Positions 25,680-38,025 are shown, counted from the whole stretch's first letter. The stretch is DNA of 63,895 nucleotides, filler included, from Sphacelaria rigidula (GCA_964200075.2; 10 parts of 10 records of this genome joined end to end with filler, not necessarily neighbours in it); one strand, 5' to 3'. The notes: generated by a model not told the origin, from the letters alone. A program made the numbers and translations.

Positions 25680-26233
25680 TGAGGAATTTCGGGTGTCCGA
25701 ACGGACGCGAAAATGGTTCCGGAATTGGTTTTTCACCTAGGATCTCAACATTTCGGTGAACGAGATCCGAATTTCTTTGGCGTGTAGCAGTTGTCAATAG
25801 CTATCGTAGGTGTCCTGCCGCGCCCCGGTGGCGTAATGTTCCGACTGTCGCCATTAGGGTGGAGAGAACGAGGGTTCGACCCCCGATGCGTGGAGTTTTT
25901 TCTTCGTAATGTATGATATCCACCGTGGGAAGCGTGAGAACGTGAGTAAACAAAGTAGTCGACTGGGTCCGTGTGACGTGAGTTGACGCGGTGCGGGAGT
26001 GCTTATTCAATCCGCGAGGCCAAAGTGAAAGGCATATACCGGGGGAGAGATGGGTTGATCCCCTGAGACCACGGGCTCATCCCGAGGTATGGGGGGGTTT
26101 AAAGTGTGAGGAAAAAACAAAAGTGAAGATATGGAACCATTTTTCGAAGATTTGTTGTGGATACGAAGATTTTTTTTCTCCAGGTTTCTCATTCCCCATC
26201 AAAGATCCATCCCCAATTTGTAAGATCCCGTGT
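25680..26233. mobile_element. Partial copy of the ~440-bp palindromic TA-flanked MITE, interrupted by a SINE
   Basis: Matches the right arm of 27074-27515; ends GATCCCGTGT|TA. Confidence 0.8.
25813..26122 (+). mobile_element. tRNA-derived SINE; related copies on the minus strand at ~46395-46720 and ~57777-58045
   Basis: A-box-like GGTGGCGTAATG, B-box GGGTTCGACCCCC, a shared body (GACGCGGTGCGGGAGTG...GATGGGTTGATCCC.TGAGACCACGG), an A-rich tail and a GTG duplication in the host MITE. Confidence 0.75.
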
Positions 26234-27073
26234 TAGACCACTTTGTATGGCAGCCAATCCCGAATCTGGCGGGACCCGAATCTATGCCAAATCGGGGGGA
26301 CCCAGATTCGTGAACTCAGATTGGTGTGTACCCCTGTATGGCTCAACAGAGTAGTTGAAATTGGTCTGTACCCGAATGGCCATTTTCTGGGCGGGTGTGG
26401 TATCACAGTGAAGCCGAAGAACAGGCAGGCAGGGGATCATCCTTCAAGAGCAGCGTTCTACCGTGGTGCTCTAGGATTACTGTTGTGAAGTACACTGCAC
26501 AATCACAGCACACGATAATGTCGTGTGGTAATACATGATGTTACAGTCGGTATTACGCGAACAGTCACAATGTGCCACAAGAGTCCCCGAGTGCAGTGTC
26601 ATTCATCACCCTGCAAGTCCCGCGACAGCAGAGTGTAGGAGAGTACAGTGCCGTTCGTTATGATGATACATACAGCAGTACAGTACAGCATAAAATTTTG
26701 CCATCACCGCAGGTTCGGCGTCAACCCTTCTTATCCGCTTGTCAAAACCCGTGCGGAGCTGCTCCAGCAGCCGCCGCTCGCAGGCACTGTCTATACTGTC
26801 ACGAGACTGTCTGCTGCTGTTGTTGCAAGAATACGAAAGACCTGTTGCCCCATCGCTGTACGCCAACACACGTACGTCATTTGCTACAGATTCGGGGGAC
26901 GTTGATTTTCCACGGATCTGAGCTCAGATTCGTGTAAAACCGTTCTCAAGTCGTGACAAACGAATCTGAGCTTCCCCCATTTGGGCCAACACGTGGACAG
27001 ATAGCGTCCTGTGGGGCGCACTGTGCAGGGTCCGTACAGGGTCCTCCACAGTCTTTGTGAAAAACCCTGACAA

Positions 27074-27515
27074 ACACGGGATCTTACAAATTGGGGATGG
27101 ATCTTTTAATGGGGATGAGAAACCCGAAGAATTAAAATCTTCGTATCCGCACCAAATCTTCGAAACATGGTTCCATTTCTTCACCTACTGATAGCTAGTG
27201 GCAACTGCTACACGCCATAGAAATTTGAATTTCGACAACAGAAACGTTGGGGTCCTAGGTGAAAAACCAATTTTGAGGAATTCCGGGTGTTCGAACGGAC
27301 GCCAAAATGGTTCCAAAATTGGTTTTTGACCTAGGACCCCAACATTTCGGTGATCGAAATCCAAATTTTTATTGCGTGTAGCAGTTGTCAATAGCTATCA
27401 GTAGGTGAGGAAATGGGACCATGTTTCGAAGATTTGATGTGGATACGAAGACTTCAATTCTCCGAGTTTCCCATCCCCAATAAAAGATCCATCCCCAACT
27501 CGTAAGATTCCGTGT
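27074..27515. mobile_element. ~440-bp palindromic MITE (Tc1/mariner-type, TA target)
   Basis: TIR ACACGGGATCTTACAAATTGGGGATGGATC; the arms pair to the centre. Other copies at 42255-42695 (TA on both sides), 25680-26233 and 63683-63820. Confidence 0.88.
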
Positions 27516-28250
27516 TGACGGTAAAAACCCAAATCTGTATCTGTCGTAGCGTTTTTGTCGAAACCCTGCAAGCAACGCTGTGGAGAGCCCCTCCCCGTTT
27601 TAAAAATTCCAATTTGTTTTTGAGAAATCCAAAATATTTTGGTGTAAAATCTGTGAATTTATTTATTTCAAATAGCTTGTCCTGCTGTCCGAGATCAATT
27701 CCTTTTTGCTCGATTCAAATCGGGCAAGAGATCATTTATCTCGGACAGAAGGGCAAGCTATTCAAAACAGATCCTTTTCTCACCCAATTTATATTACAAT
27801 ATTCAAATTGGTTGTTGTCTCAGGCTACTCCAGACTCGGCATTGGATTCCTGTGACAGAAAAACAAGCAGAACGTTTCGAGAACTTTTCAAAAAAACATA
27901 CAGAACTTCTCAAAAACTGCTAAAAACGTGACCCCATTATCTGGAGTACAAGGTAACACACTGAACACAAGAAAATTCTGCAGTGGTGTATGGATTCCAG
28001 AGTACTACACTGAACACAAGACAACACAGCAGTTATGCAGTGTTTTTTAGTTTTAGAACCTGAAGATGGACTGTATACAGTAGACGGGTGGCCACTGGGA
28101 TGCCTGTAACCTCACGTTTGGACGTTACAGGCGTTGCACAACGTCTGCAACGTCTGAATTCCAGGTTACAGCCACCCCAGTGGCCATTCGTCTATGCATC
28201 AGCTTCTCTTGTTGCAAAATCGATAGTGTCCAGCTGCTGCTGCTGTATTA

Positions 28251-29373
28251 CTACGACAACACAGCAATAATTCCCATCCTAATGTGTCCAGCACAGAACG
28301 CCGCCCTTTTGCTTCCCGCCTCACCATATGATGGTTGTTTTGGGCAACCGTCGTGGCCGCACTTCTTGTTCACGACATCGACCATCCCCGTCGTGGCGTG
28401 TCCAGCACAGAACTCCGCCTTCTTGCTTCCCGCTATTCTGTATGATGATCGTTTGGAGCAGCCGTCGTGGCCACACTTCTTGTTCACGATATCGACTATC
28501 CCCACACTGGCGTGTCCAGCACAGAACTCCGATTTCTTGCTTCCCGCCTCACCATACAATGGTATTTTGGGGCAACCATCGTGGCCGCACCTCTTGTTCC
28601 TTAAATCGACCATTGAACTCCGCCCTTTTGCTTCCCGCTACACCGTATGATGGTTGTTTGGAGCAGCCGTCGTGGCCGCACTTCTTGTTCACGACATCGA
28701 CGATCCCCACCCTGGCGTGTCCAGCACAGAACTCCGCCTTCTTGCTTCCCGCCTCACCATACAATGGTATTTTGAGGCAACCATCGTGGCCGCACTTCTT
28801 GTTCACGACATTGACCATCCCCACCTTGGCGTGTCTAGCACAGAATTCCGCCTTCCTCCTCGCCACACCAAGTGAAGGTTTTTGGGGGCAACCGTCATGG
28901 TCGCACTTCTTGGTCAGTACATCGACTATCCCCGCCCTGGCTTGTCCAGCACAGAACTCCGCCTTCTTGCTTCCCGCTACACCATATAACGGTCGTTTAT
29001 AGCAGTCATCTTCACCGCACTTCTTGTTCACTACATCGACGATCCCCGTCTTGGCGTGTCCAGCACAGAATTCTGCCTCCCCGCCTCCCGCTACATCGCA
29101 CGATGGTTGTTTGGAGTAGCCATCGTGGTCACACTTCTTCATTATATCGACCATCCCCATCCCGGCGTGTCCAGCACAGAACTCCACCTTCCCGCGTCCT
29201 GCCACATCGTACGATGGACCTTTGGAGCAGGCGTCGTTTTCACACTTCGTACCGACGGCTTTGACCATCCTCGCCCTTGCGTGTTCCGAGCAAAACTCCG
29301 CGTGTTTTGTGCCGGCCACGCCATGTGATAATCTCGTAGAGCAGCTCGCCTCGGCGCATTGTAGAGTTGACAT
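28251..29373 (-). pseudogene. Intronless EsV-1-7 cysteine-rich repeat protein, 10 repeats of ~38 aa, frameshifted in repeat 7
   Basis: Repeats C-x4-C-x3-PSYGxAGSKKAEFC-x2-H-A-x2-GMVDVVNKK match the EsV-1-7 motif. At ~28614, GAG TTC A ATG GTC lacks 23 nt relative to the other units, splitting ORFs 28549-29409 and 28251-28613. Confidence 0.9.
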
Positions 29374-29608
29374 CGCTCCCACGTCAGCAAATAACCGACT
29401 CGAATGCACACAGTTCTAACTGTTGCTAGGAGTCGCACTGTCAGATAGTCGGAATAGAGGTGCCGTTCGTGATTGTCACTGCTGCTGTTGCCTGAAATAT
29501 CAAACGGTCGAGATGCCGGAGGAGGGGCACATTTTGTCAACGGCATCTAAAATATAGCATGCAGCCTGATTCACGGGGGAAATATGATAATCTCCTGGGC
29601 AAGCGTAT

Positions 29609-29900
29609 CTCACGCAGGGTTTCAGAGGTTGGACACAAAATTCAACACAAATCTTCCTGAAAGAAAGCCCAAGGTCACCCGTGTCGCGTCGGTCGGCGTT
29701 TCATTTTAAATCAACCGGTTTTCAGGGTCCCGAGGTACCGGATGTGACCTGGAACCTCCGGATCTCCGACCCATCCGGGACACCAAGATAACGGTGACGT
29801 ACAATGACACGTCGACAGACGCGACACTGGCGACGTCCGGGCTACCTACAGGAATACGTGTGTTGAAATTTCGTGTCCTGACTCTTAAACCCTGCGTGAG
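29609..29900. mobile_element. ~290-bp MITE
   Basis: TIRs CTCACGCAGGGTTT.AGAG...GGACAC.AAAT.TCAACAC / GTGTTGAAATTTCGTGTCC..ACTCTTAAACCCTGCGTGAG; no clear TSD. Confidence 0.75.
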
Positions 29901-30511
29901 GTTTACAGAAATGTCAAATCATTCCGAGATCACGAGTTGCCGGGCATCCAGCGGCTTATGACCTCCACAAACGGTTAAGTCGACCGATATGCCGTGAAGT
30001 CGACACTGATGACTAAAGGGGTATATGGTAGGACGCATGCATGGAATTTGGTGTCGCGACTCTCAACCTGTAATGAGGTGCGGGAAAAGCGTGAAATAGT
30101 CTCGACCATTCCGGGTTGGCGGGCACTCCTGGCAACGCATGACCCCCAACAAAAAGTCAAATCGACCGGAACAACGACAATACAACATTAGCAACCTCGG
30201 AATTACTTCAAGGGACGCATACATGGCTTTTGGCCTTGCAACTCTGACGCCCGTCGTGAGGTTCACAACAAACGTAACAATGTTCCGATATTCTTGGCTT
30301 CCTGTGGCTGATGACCCCAAGCAATCGGTTAAACCCGCACACGTACCACCACCTACGCACTGGAGACCTCGGGCTCGCCTGCAGTAACACGTGTGCGATC
30401 CTCCATCTCTCGGACCCGGCGTCGGGGCTCGGGTGAACAAGAAAATGTTCCGAGAATCCGAATTTTCTCGGAGCCCACGACCCCACGAAACCCGTGAAAC
30501 CGACCGAGCAC

Positions 30512-30900
30512 TGTCACGAGGTTGTAAGGCTTTATCACAGAATCTCTCACTGTAGTGCAGGAACACACCAAGCACAGCAGTGCAATCACTTGTCTGGGGT
30601 ACAACTCGTGACGGGTTCACGCACAATAGGTTGATAACTACTTGACTCAAGGCTCTTGTTCAAGATATGCTCTTTGTCTTGCTCACTTTCTTCTTGCTCA
30701 ATGCTTTTCCACGCTTATGTCTCACCAATCGGGCAACAATCAGATGCTCTTTCCTGGGGAGCTCAGCAGTGACTCCCATGTGCTGTCTCAGGCTCTAATG
30801 ACACCCTTTTATAGGTGTACACACTATATCTGACCCTCCGATCAGACCCGTTATTCAAAATCCAAACATCGAAAGATCGATGCTGCTTGTCTTCATGACA
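30512..30900 (-). mobile_element. Candidate solo LTR
   Basis: TGTCATGA...TCGTGACA inverted ends, a TATA-like CCTATAAAAGGG (~30804-30815, minus strand), and a 5' 12-mer identical to the LTR candidate start at 18666. No TSD found. Confidence 0.55.
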
Positions 30901-31542
30901 CCATGGTATATATGTCATACCCTTTGTGTCCGCACTACATACACGCATGATACATGATGCAGCAGTGGGTCACTGCAGCCTCTGGGCACAGCGTATTACA
31001 GCCTATGGCCTTTCGCCATCTAGCTTCAAGCTGCAGTCTACAGCCCCCCACCCCCCCCCTTCCCATCATCTATCATCAGTCGACATTTGGAACCACATTT
31101 TCACGAGACTGTCTTCTGCTGCTTTCACTGTTTACCCCTCCAAAACGCTGTATGTCGTGCGCTATACGCTGCACAATTTACAATGTACAATGAACCCCAT
31201 GGTACAACTATTGCGCAAAATATACATTACATTTTTCAATTCTACGTAGAATCAAATATATATATATATATATGTAAAAAACGTAACACAAACAGAAACG
31301 TTTTGCGGATCAGACCCGCAACCATGGCATTTTCGAGTGCTGCAGTACTGCATTGAATATTGAAGCCCGTCCGGTGACGAGTGACGCCATGGGTCGTAGG
31401 GAGCAGTTTCAAGCAGCTGATACACAGGCTGCAGGAGGCGCGTCAAAAAATAAACGCAATTTTATGCCCGTTTTGAGCACATAATAAGATTTTAAAACAT
31501 TTTGAGCTCTTTTTAAGCTTTTCGATAAAAAGGCTTAGTTAA

Positions 31543-31640
31543 TCCGTAGACCGCGAGGTTAGTCTCCTGTTGAATGGGCATCAATTTCAAGTGAAAACAA
31601 GTATGCATGATTCAGAAAGACTGATCTCGCGGTCTAACGG
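31543..31640. mobile_element. 98-bp piggyBac-like mini-MITE; relatives at ~51648-51743 and ~54101-54175
   Basis: TTAA|TCCGTAGACCGCGAGGTTAGTC ... GACTGATCTCGCGGTCTAACGG|TTAA. Confidence 0.8.
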
Positions 31641-32194
31641 TTAAGCCCGAGGACCTCAAGTTGAGCTCAACCTCAAGTGCGCTCGCGGAGGTAATGACTA
31701 AAAGGGGAGCGTTTGCAGTATCGCTGTCATCATGACATCATGTGGCTTTGAAATTGAAAACGGGAGCCCGCCGGATGTTGCCGTCGCCGGCACAACTTCG
31801 ATCCCCCCCGAAAGACGAAGTGGTTACATACTGGGTCCGGCGAGAACCCGGCGTGCTCCGTCCCGGCTTTGTAGGGGCGGACCCCCGATGGGGTAAGCGT
31901 NNNNNNNNNNNNNNNNNNNNNNNNNNNNNNNNNNNNNNNNNNNNTTAATTAATTAANNNNNNNNNNNNNNNNNNNNNNNNNNNNNNNNNNNNNNNNNNNN
32001 GTCTTCCGTGCAAGACAGATATGCCACTTCAGCCCCATATTTTGTATGAACCCCAAAATATAAAATCGGCTGTTACTAACAACTTAGTTGTTAGTCATAG
32101 TTCTACAAGGTGTGAAATATTTCCAAAATGAAAACGCAAAGGAACGCCCGGGCCGTGATATGTGGCCTCGCTCATCCTCAAAGAATCCACTGCA

Positions 32195-32685
32195 ATTTGT
32201 AGAATGCCGTGTTCAGGCCGCTTCTTACAGACTGAAACAAATATCTCTGCAAACTGCCCTTTAGAACCTTTCATCAAGGATTACTGGCGAAATACGGGCC
32301 TTGGCGGATTGGGCCTCATCCGAAAGATCTGCTATGTTTTTCACGAGGATTCCAGCACGTGTGTCCGATCTTTCGTACGCCCAGTTTTACTTCTGGCCGG
32401 ATTCCGGATTTTTCAGTCGTCCCAAAAAACTTCGAGTTGTCGGGGAAAATCACGTCTTTCTTCCGACAACTGAAAAAAAATTGGGGGCAACTGAAACTGG
32501 GCGTACAAACAATCGGAAAAGTGCGCGAATATCCTCACAAAGAACATCGCCAATCTTTCCGAGGAGGCCAAATTTGACAAGGCCCGTTTTCCGCCAATAA
32601 TCCGTCATGTAAGGTTCAAAAGGACAGTTTTCAGGGAGATTTTTTTCGGTCGATAAGAAGCAGTCTTATACCGAACGTTCTCGAC
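32195..32685. mobile_element. ~490-bp degenerate palindromic element
   Basis: The left arm (GCTTCTTAC..AAACTGCCCTT.GAACCTT.CAT..GGATTA.TGGCG.AA.ACGGGCCTTG) pairs with the right arm at 32575-32665. Confidence 0.65.
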
Positions 32686-32739
32686 TTTCGCTCATCCCCG
32701 TACAAAAAACTGTTGTTGTTTTTACTCGTCACTATCCCC

Positions 32740-33233
32740 TGTTAGGCCCGGATGTTATGGTACACAGATTTTTGGCCCACGGACTGTTCACTTTTGGGAC
32801 GTTTGAGCCACTTTTTGACCCCCAAACAGGGAAAACCGCCAACACAAGTCTTGGGCACTTGGCATCACCCCACAGAGAGGAGCCTAGCCCACTTTTCAGA
32901 TTCGCTTGGCTCGAAGGTTTCGAGAGCGGCCGCAAAACAATAATCCACGTGCAATGAAATGTACGGCGATCTCCACAGATTATTGGGCAAACTGGCGGGG
33001 GTCGGCAAGCACAGATTATTGCACACGAAATATTGTTCAGCGGCCAATCTCGAAACCTCGGAGCCAAGCAAATCAGACAAAAAAACAAGGGTCCTCTCTG
33101 TCGAATGATGCAAAGTATCCGAGACGTGTGCTAGCGATTTTCCCTGTTTGGGTATCAAAATTGGGTCAAACGTCCCAAAAGTGAACAGTCCGTAGGCCAA
33201 GAATCTCTTCACCATAACATCTGGCCTTGACAC
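32740..33233. mobile_element. ~490-bp palindromic MITE
   Basis: AGGCC.GATGTTATGGT...TTGGCC.ACGGACTGTTCACTTTTGGGACGTTTGA pairs with TCAAACGTCCCAAAAGTGAACAGTCCGTAGGCCAAG..ACCATAACATCTGGCCT. Confidence 0.85.
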
Positions 33234-33649
33234 GGGACTTTGCAAATTGCGGGGGGGGAATTCCGTGTGGGTGAGTGAGGCCACGCATCACGGCCGGGTA
33301 TAATAGTGCATTTGCACTTTACGATGCTTCTGAGGGTTCCCCAGGTTCATCCTCTCCAATAAGATGTCGTCCTCAGTTAGTATATTCCCGTGGTGTTTGC
33401 TCGCTTTTCGCGCGGAGTGAGGAACAACGACATGTTGTGCGCGGTGGATATTCCTACTTGGTACTGAAATCAAGTGTAGACAGAAGATTACCTTACTTCC
33501 ACCGCCGACAGGGTGCCCATGTCAAGATGGCGCGAGGAGGCCGTATAGATACATATATTTCGCCAACGAGCTCTTCACGTTTCAGTATGTTTCGGTTCGT
33601 ATCGGCAACCTTCGATGATCTATTTTCGTCGTTCAGCAATTTTTTCGCT

Positions 33650-34400
33650 TAACTCGTCAACTCCACGCGTCCAGGGTGTGCCAATCAATCGAGATTTATG
33701 TTTTACTATGACAGTGTAGCTGTCTTCTGAGAATGGCAGGTTCAGTCTCCTCGCCGAAACATGTAGGGCATGACTATTGATTGATTGCTTGACGCGCCCT
33801 CGGAAATCAGAGCAAAATCGAGGTGTGAGCTGTACGCTCAGCCCCCCGCACATCCGTTCACAACTGGTCGATCTCCATCTCAAAGGCTGCTCCTTGGTGA
33901 GAGCAGCGTACCTGCGAATGAAAAAGGGATGTATCGGTACCAGCGCCGTTCGGTGTGGCGAAGAAGGAGGGTGTGGTGTAATGCACACAGCCAGTCGTCG
34001 CCTGTGTCGGCGTTAAATTGCAGGCGCGGGTGTGGTGTCTGTCATCGACAATCGCTGCCAACTTACGCCTGCTGTCTGCGCATGTACGCGCACAACCCGC
34101 ACATACCAGCATATTATTGAGCCATGCTCGTCTCGGTTCACGACGTGGTCCATTCAACCCCGTGAAAAGCGCGCGTCAGCCGTCAGCGGGCAAACTAGTA
34201 GTAATGCCGCTCATCATCTGCACCGTAGGGAGAGAGAAGAGACGATCGATTTGCCAAGAGGAGTACTGTAGTACATGAAGGGAGACCCGTACTGTACCAG
34301 CCAAAGTGATGGTGAAGATGCGCGATCTTGCCACGATTATGCAAGGACACCTTTCCGTGCTACGCAGTGATGCATGTTGTGGTTCTCCGCTCGGATTGAA
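33650..34400 (-). pseudogene. Possible CACTA/EnSpm-like transposase relic
   Basis: Weak motifs FMYYSTPL and W...CERMCGGL in a frameshifted region. Confidence 0.25.
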
Positions 34401-36375
34401 CTGACCGACGCATAGATACTACATACTGAACGTAGCCGCTTGTGCGGAGATGGGCGCGTGCTGCTTCTCGCGCAGCAAGTACGCCGTGGTCAATGAAAGG
34501 GTTACAAAGGTCAAGCAGTACCATGTTTTCTAGTCCTGCACAAACATGATAAATTCCCTCCCACTACCTCCCGTAATGCAGAACAACCGACCATGTCCAC
34601 CAACAACGATCACGGGGGAGCCGGCAGTCAAAGGGTCGATGGATCCGCGGACGCCCACGCATTATGTACCGCAGAGTGCGTGGCGATATTTTTGTTCATC
34701 ATCAGATGATGGCAGTTTTGTGCTCTCGTCGTGAAAACGCTCGCTCGGTGCACAGTCTTCACTTGAATCGCACTCCGACGTTGTAGTAGCAGCACTATTA
34801 ATTAGGAGTACTTCGTATGGAAGAAACGTTATGAGCGCCGGAATGTTGGAGGTGTCTCTATTTCGAGTAGGAATGGTGCTCCTTCTCGAAAGCGATGCAT
34901 GGTTAAACAACCAAGGCAAGAAACAAATGAGCACGCCTTCCTCAGAATAGGGGGGAAATGCGATTATTCTCTGGCCGACTGATTTGGTTCGGCCGTTCGC
35001 TCACGTGGGGTAGTGCACAAGAACAAAAAGGTCCAAAAGAAAAAGACACCATTGTTTCAACAACATTATCGCGCACAAGTAATCGGCGGGCCCGTGTAAA
35101 CATCACCGGCTTCGCTTTTGAGACAGAAATTATGTGTGTTGGACCAAAGGGTCTGTCAAAAATATATTTCGGGACACGGAGGCCCCAACATTGAAAACTC
35201 GAGTTGTTGAAGGGGGGTGGGGGGGTAACACCCAGCCTTGTGTCCCCTAGTTTTTTTGCCGAGGCGTTGGCGGATGCGGTCAGCTGCCGTGCACAGAGAT
35301 TCTTGGCATGGAAACCGCTGACGGACACACCGCCCCTCCAAGCTCATCAACCGCCATGATGACATATATGGGATCATGTTCCGTGTCGTGTGCCTCAAAT
35401 ACCTACCACTACGTAGTAGGTCGGGAAAATTTGGTGAGGCGTGAGATAACGTTGCTACTTTGCCTACAGGCTGTCGCTACCGTGCGCTCGTGTATTGTAT
35501 ATAGATGTGTGTGCGAGCGTTGCCGGCATCCAAGGTCATCGGGGCAGGGCTGGCAAGGAGCAGAAACAAATAGATATACGAACCTCGCAAAGCCCACCAG
35601 ACTTTTCGGTTTTTGTCAGCGTTTGTTGATGAATTCCTTTTAAACAGTTCAACAAAAAATATTAATAAATCATGATAATTTTCGAAATATTGCCCGTCGG
35701 GAGGGGGGGAGGCCTCCGTGTCCGAATTTTTTCTCCCGACAGACCCTTGGTTGGACCCCAAAAGTTCGAAAAAGAGGCCTACGTATGTGATAACGACAAG
35801 CTCGCTGATGTATCGTCATCCGCCGAGCTTTGTCAAACTATCATCGACTGTAAATAAGGCTGGCATAAAGTAAACTAAGACACAAGCTATGACACAAGAA
35901 ATAATAAACTCGGAGTGGGGAGCACATGTTGCCTTGACTCAAACCAGGTTCAAAGAGCAGCCCTGCGGCTGTCGACTCAGCAGCAACTGTTTAGGTGGGG
36001 TACGTGATCCGACCTCGCACACGACTCCGTACGAAGAAAATGTCCAGGTTTGCATTTCTTCAAACACACACACCTGAACAGGGAACATGAACTCTGTACA
36101 GTAGCTGAGATTTTACGTGTGACGCCCTTGCAAGGAAACAAGAACGGCACCAATACCGAACGTCCGCAGTTTCACTTCGCGTCTGTCTGTCACAACATGA
36201 GTCGAGTCCCCCTACAGCTGCTCTTCACTACATTTAGCCTTCAGTCACGAAGGAGAACGGCACGAAAACCATTGTACCACCCACGTGTAAAATGATGGGC
36301 TGATAAAGCTGGATTGCTCTCGCTCAGTCGGTGTTCGATGATCCTACTACATGGACTAATAGAGCCATCGACACG

Positions 36376-36493
36376 TCAGTCCTCGATAGGAGCTACGTCT
36401 ATTACGTCGTCGTCCCGCGCCGGGCGCTGATTTTGCTTCACCACGTACTTGGCCATGTCGGGCGGCGAAATGTTGGGCCGAACAACATCGGTA
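36376..36493 (-). CDS. Same gene, last exon
   Basis: cag|T + TDVVRPNISPPDMAKYVVKQNQRPARDDDVIDVAPIED*; phase matches the previous exon. Confidence 0.78.
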
Positions 36494-36826
36494 CTGTCCA
36501 CAGCAGATAATGCAGCATGACGTACACAGGGAGGTGCAACGAAAAAAAGACGGAAGGAGGGTGATCAATCAGCCAAGGGCATACTCGTGCTGTTCATGCA
36601 CACTATGCAGCGTACACTTTCGCATATATATATATATATATTGGTCCAGCAGAGGAGGTATCCGTTGAATTGAACTTTGAATCAACATGGCTGAAAGCGC
36701 AAGATAATCACTACTTTCACGGCATCAATGTTCACCATCTACAGCGGAACACGCAACAAACCCTCCGAACCAGACAGCGGCTCCCGAACTCCTCACCACA
36801 CAGAAAAATCTCACAAAGGAGCTTAC

Positions 36827-37002
36827 CCCATGACCCCAGCAGCCTGAAAGACGACAACGAACTCCGTCTCCGGCCGATACGTGTCGATCCTCTTGACTAT
36901 CTGCGCCAGGTCATCATCTTCTCCGGGTCTATCTGCCGCACGCATACTCTCGAATTCTTTCAGTGGAATATACATGGACGGGATGCCCCCGAATTTTTCC
37001 GC
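36827..37002 (-). CDS. Same gene, next exon (absent from the ORF track)
   Basis: cag|AEKFGGIPSMYIPLKEFESMRAADRPGEDDDLAQIVKRIDTYRPETEFVVVFQAAGVM(G)|gtaagc; phase 0 in, phase 2 out. Confidence 0.82.
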
Positions 37003-37370
37003 CTGTCATAGTTTCAAGCAAGCGGTGTTTCGCGGGGTCACGCGTGAAGCGCAGCCGCGTAGGCGAGCATGCGATGGTTTGGAACAGAAGCAAACGAGTA
37101 CGAAAGCGGGGAAGCGGAACACATTAGACAAGCACGAAAAGTATCTGGAAAATGTTTTGAGGAAAAACTGAAGGGACATTGAAAATTAACCGAATAACCA
37201 CGACAGGGACGGCATGAAATCACCGATTTTCCGGGGAATTTGACAACGTGAAACGAACGCGCAACATAGAGGGAGTTCGGTGGGGGCTTTCCGCTGAAAT
37301 CGAAGCCTCTTTTCACAACATCGCCACCAAATTGTTGACCATGTTCAACTATCGTACCGTTTACACTCAC

Positions 37371-37542
37371 GTCGTTGAGCTTCCCATCTGCCCGTGCGTC
37401 GTCGTAGTTGGCAAAGATAGCGCCCCTCCCCATCTCCTCGTAGCCCTCCCAGCTCATGCTACACAGGTACTGACCGGTCCTCTTGATGTACGCCTTGATA
37501 TGCGGATAACACAGCAGGAACAACGTAGACGGACGAACAACC
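37371..37542 (-). CDS. Conserved unknown protein (possible CcmS-like domain), internal exon
   Basis: tag|G VVRPSTLFLLCYPHIKAYIKRTGQYLCSMSWEGYEEMGRGAIFANYDDARADGKLND|gtgagt. The donor is strong; the acceptor is less certain. Confidence 0.75.
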
Positions 37543-37749
37543 CTAATAAATTTGTAAACTGGTCATGTAGAGATCACACCCATTGCTCTCGTCACCATTT
37601 CAACACCTACACGCTGTACTCCCCCGTTTTTTCTCTCATGCTCTGTTGAGTACTGCTGGTTTCATCGTGGACACGACGGACAAAGCAGAAACTACCACTA
37701 CCCTTGTTTCCGCATAGTAAGCTACATGCATAGATTCCAGACGTTTCAC

Positions 37750-38025
37750 GGTTAGGACGAATCGTCACGGATTCGAATCACCAAATCCACGATTTCTTCG
37801 GCCTGATTGCCCAAAAGGGNNNNNNNNNNATCTCCAAAAGGGAGAAAAAAGTTGACCGCTGGTGCAAGGGGTATCCACGCAACGTTTGCGCCATTCCACA
37901 TGTCTGGGCTGCGTGTGCCTGGGTTGCAGCGCTAAAAACAAAGCCTAAGGATTGATTCGTACGATTCGAATCAATTACACTAAAACCAAGAAATTACCAG
38001 ACGAATCATTAATTTGTCCGACCCT
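37750..38025. repeat. Dispersed ~280-bp repeat; copies at ~53330-53902 (with a ~315-bp insert at a CTWAG site) and 57395-57496 (reverse)
   Basis: Shared GATTCGTA....CGAATCAAT.ACACTAAAA.CAAG.AAT...AGACGAATCATTAATTTGTCCGAC and GGCCTGATTGC.CAA..TTTGCGCCATTCCAC.TG.CTGGG. Confidence 0.8.

Noticed and set aside
28251..29373. Integrated phaeovirus segment
   Set aside because: There are no other viral-like genes or dense ORF packing on this contig, and EsV-1-7 repeats are common in brown algal host genes.
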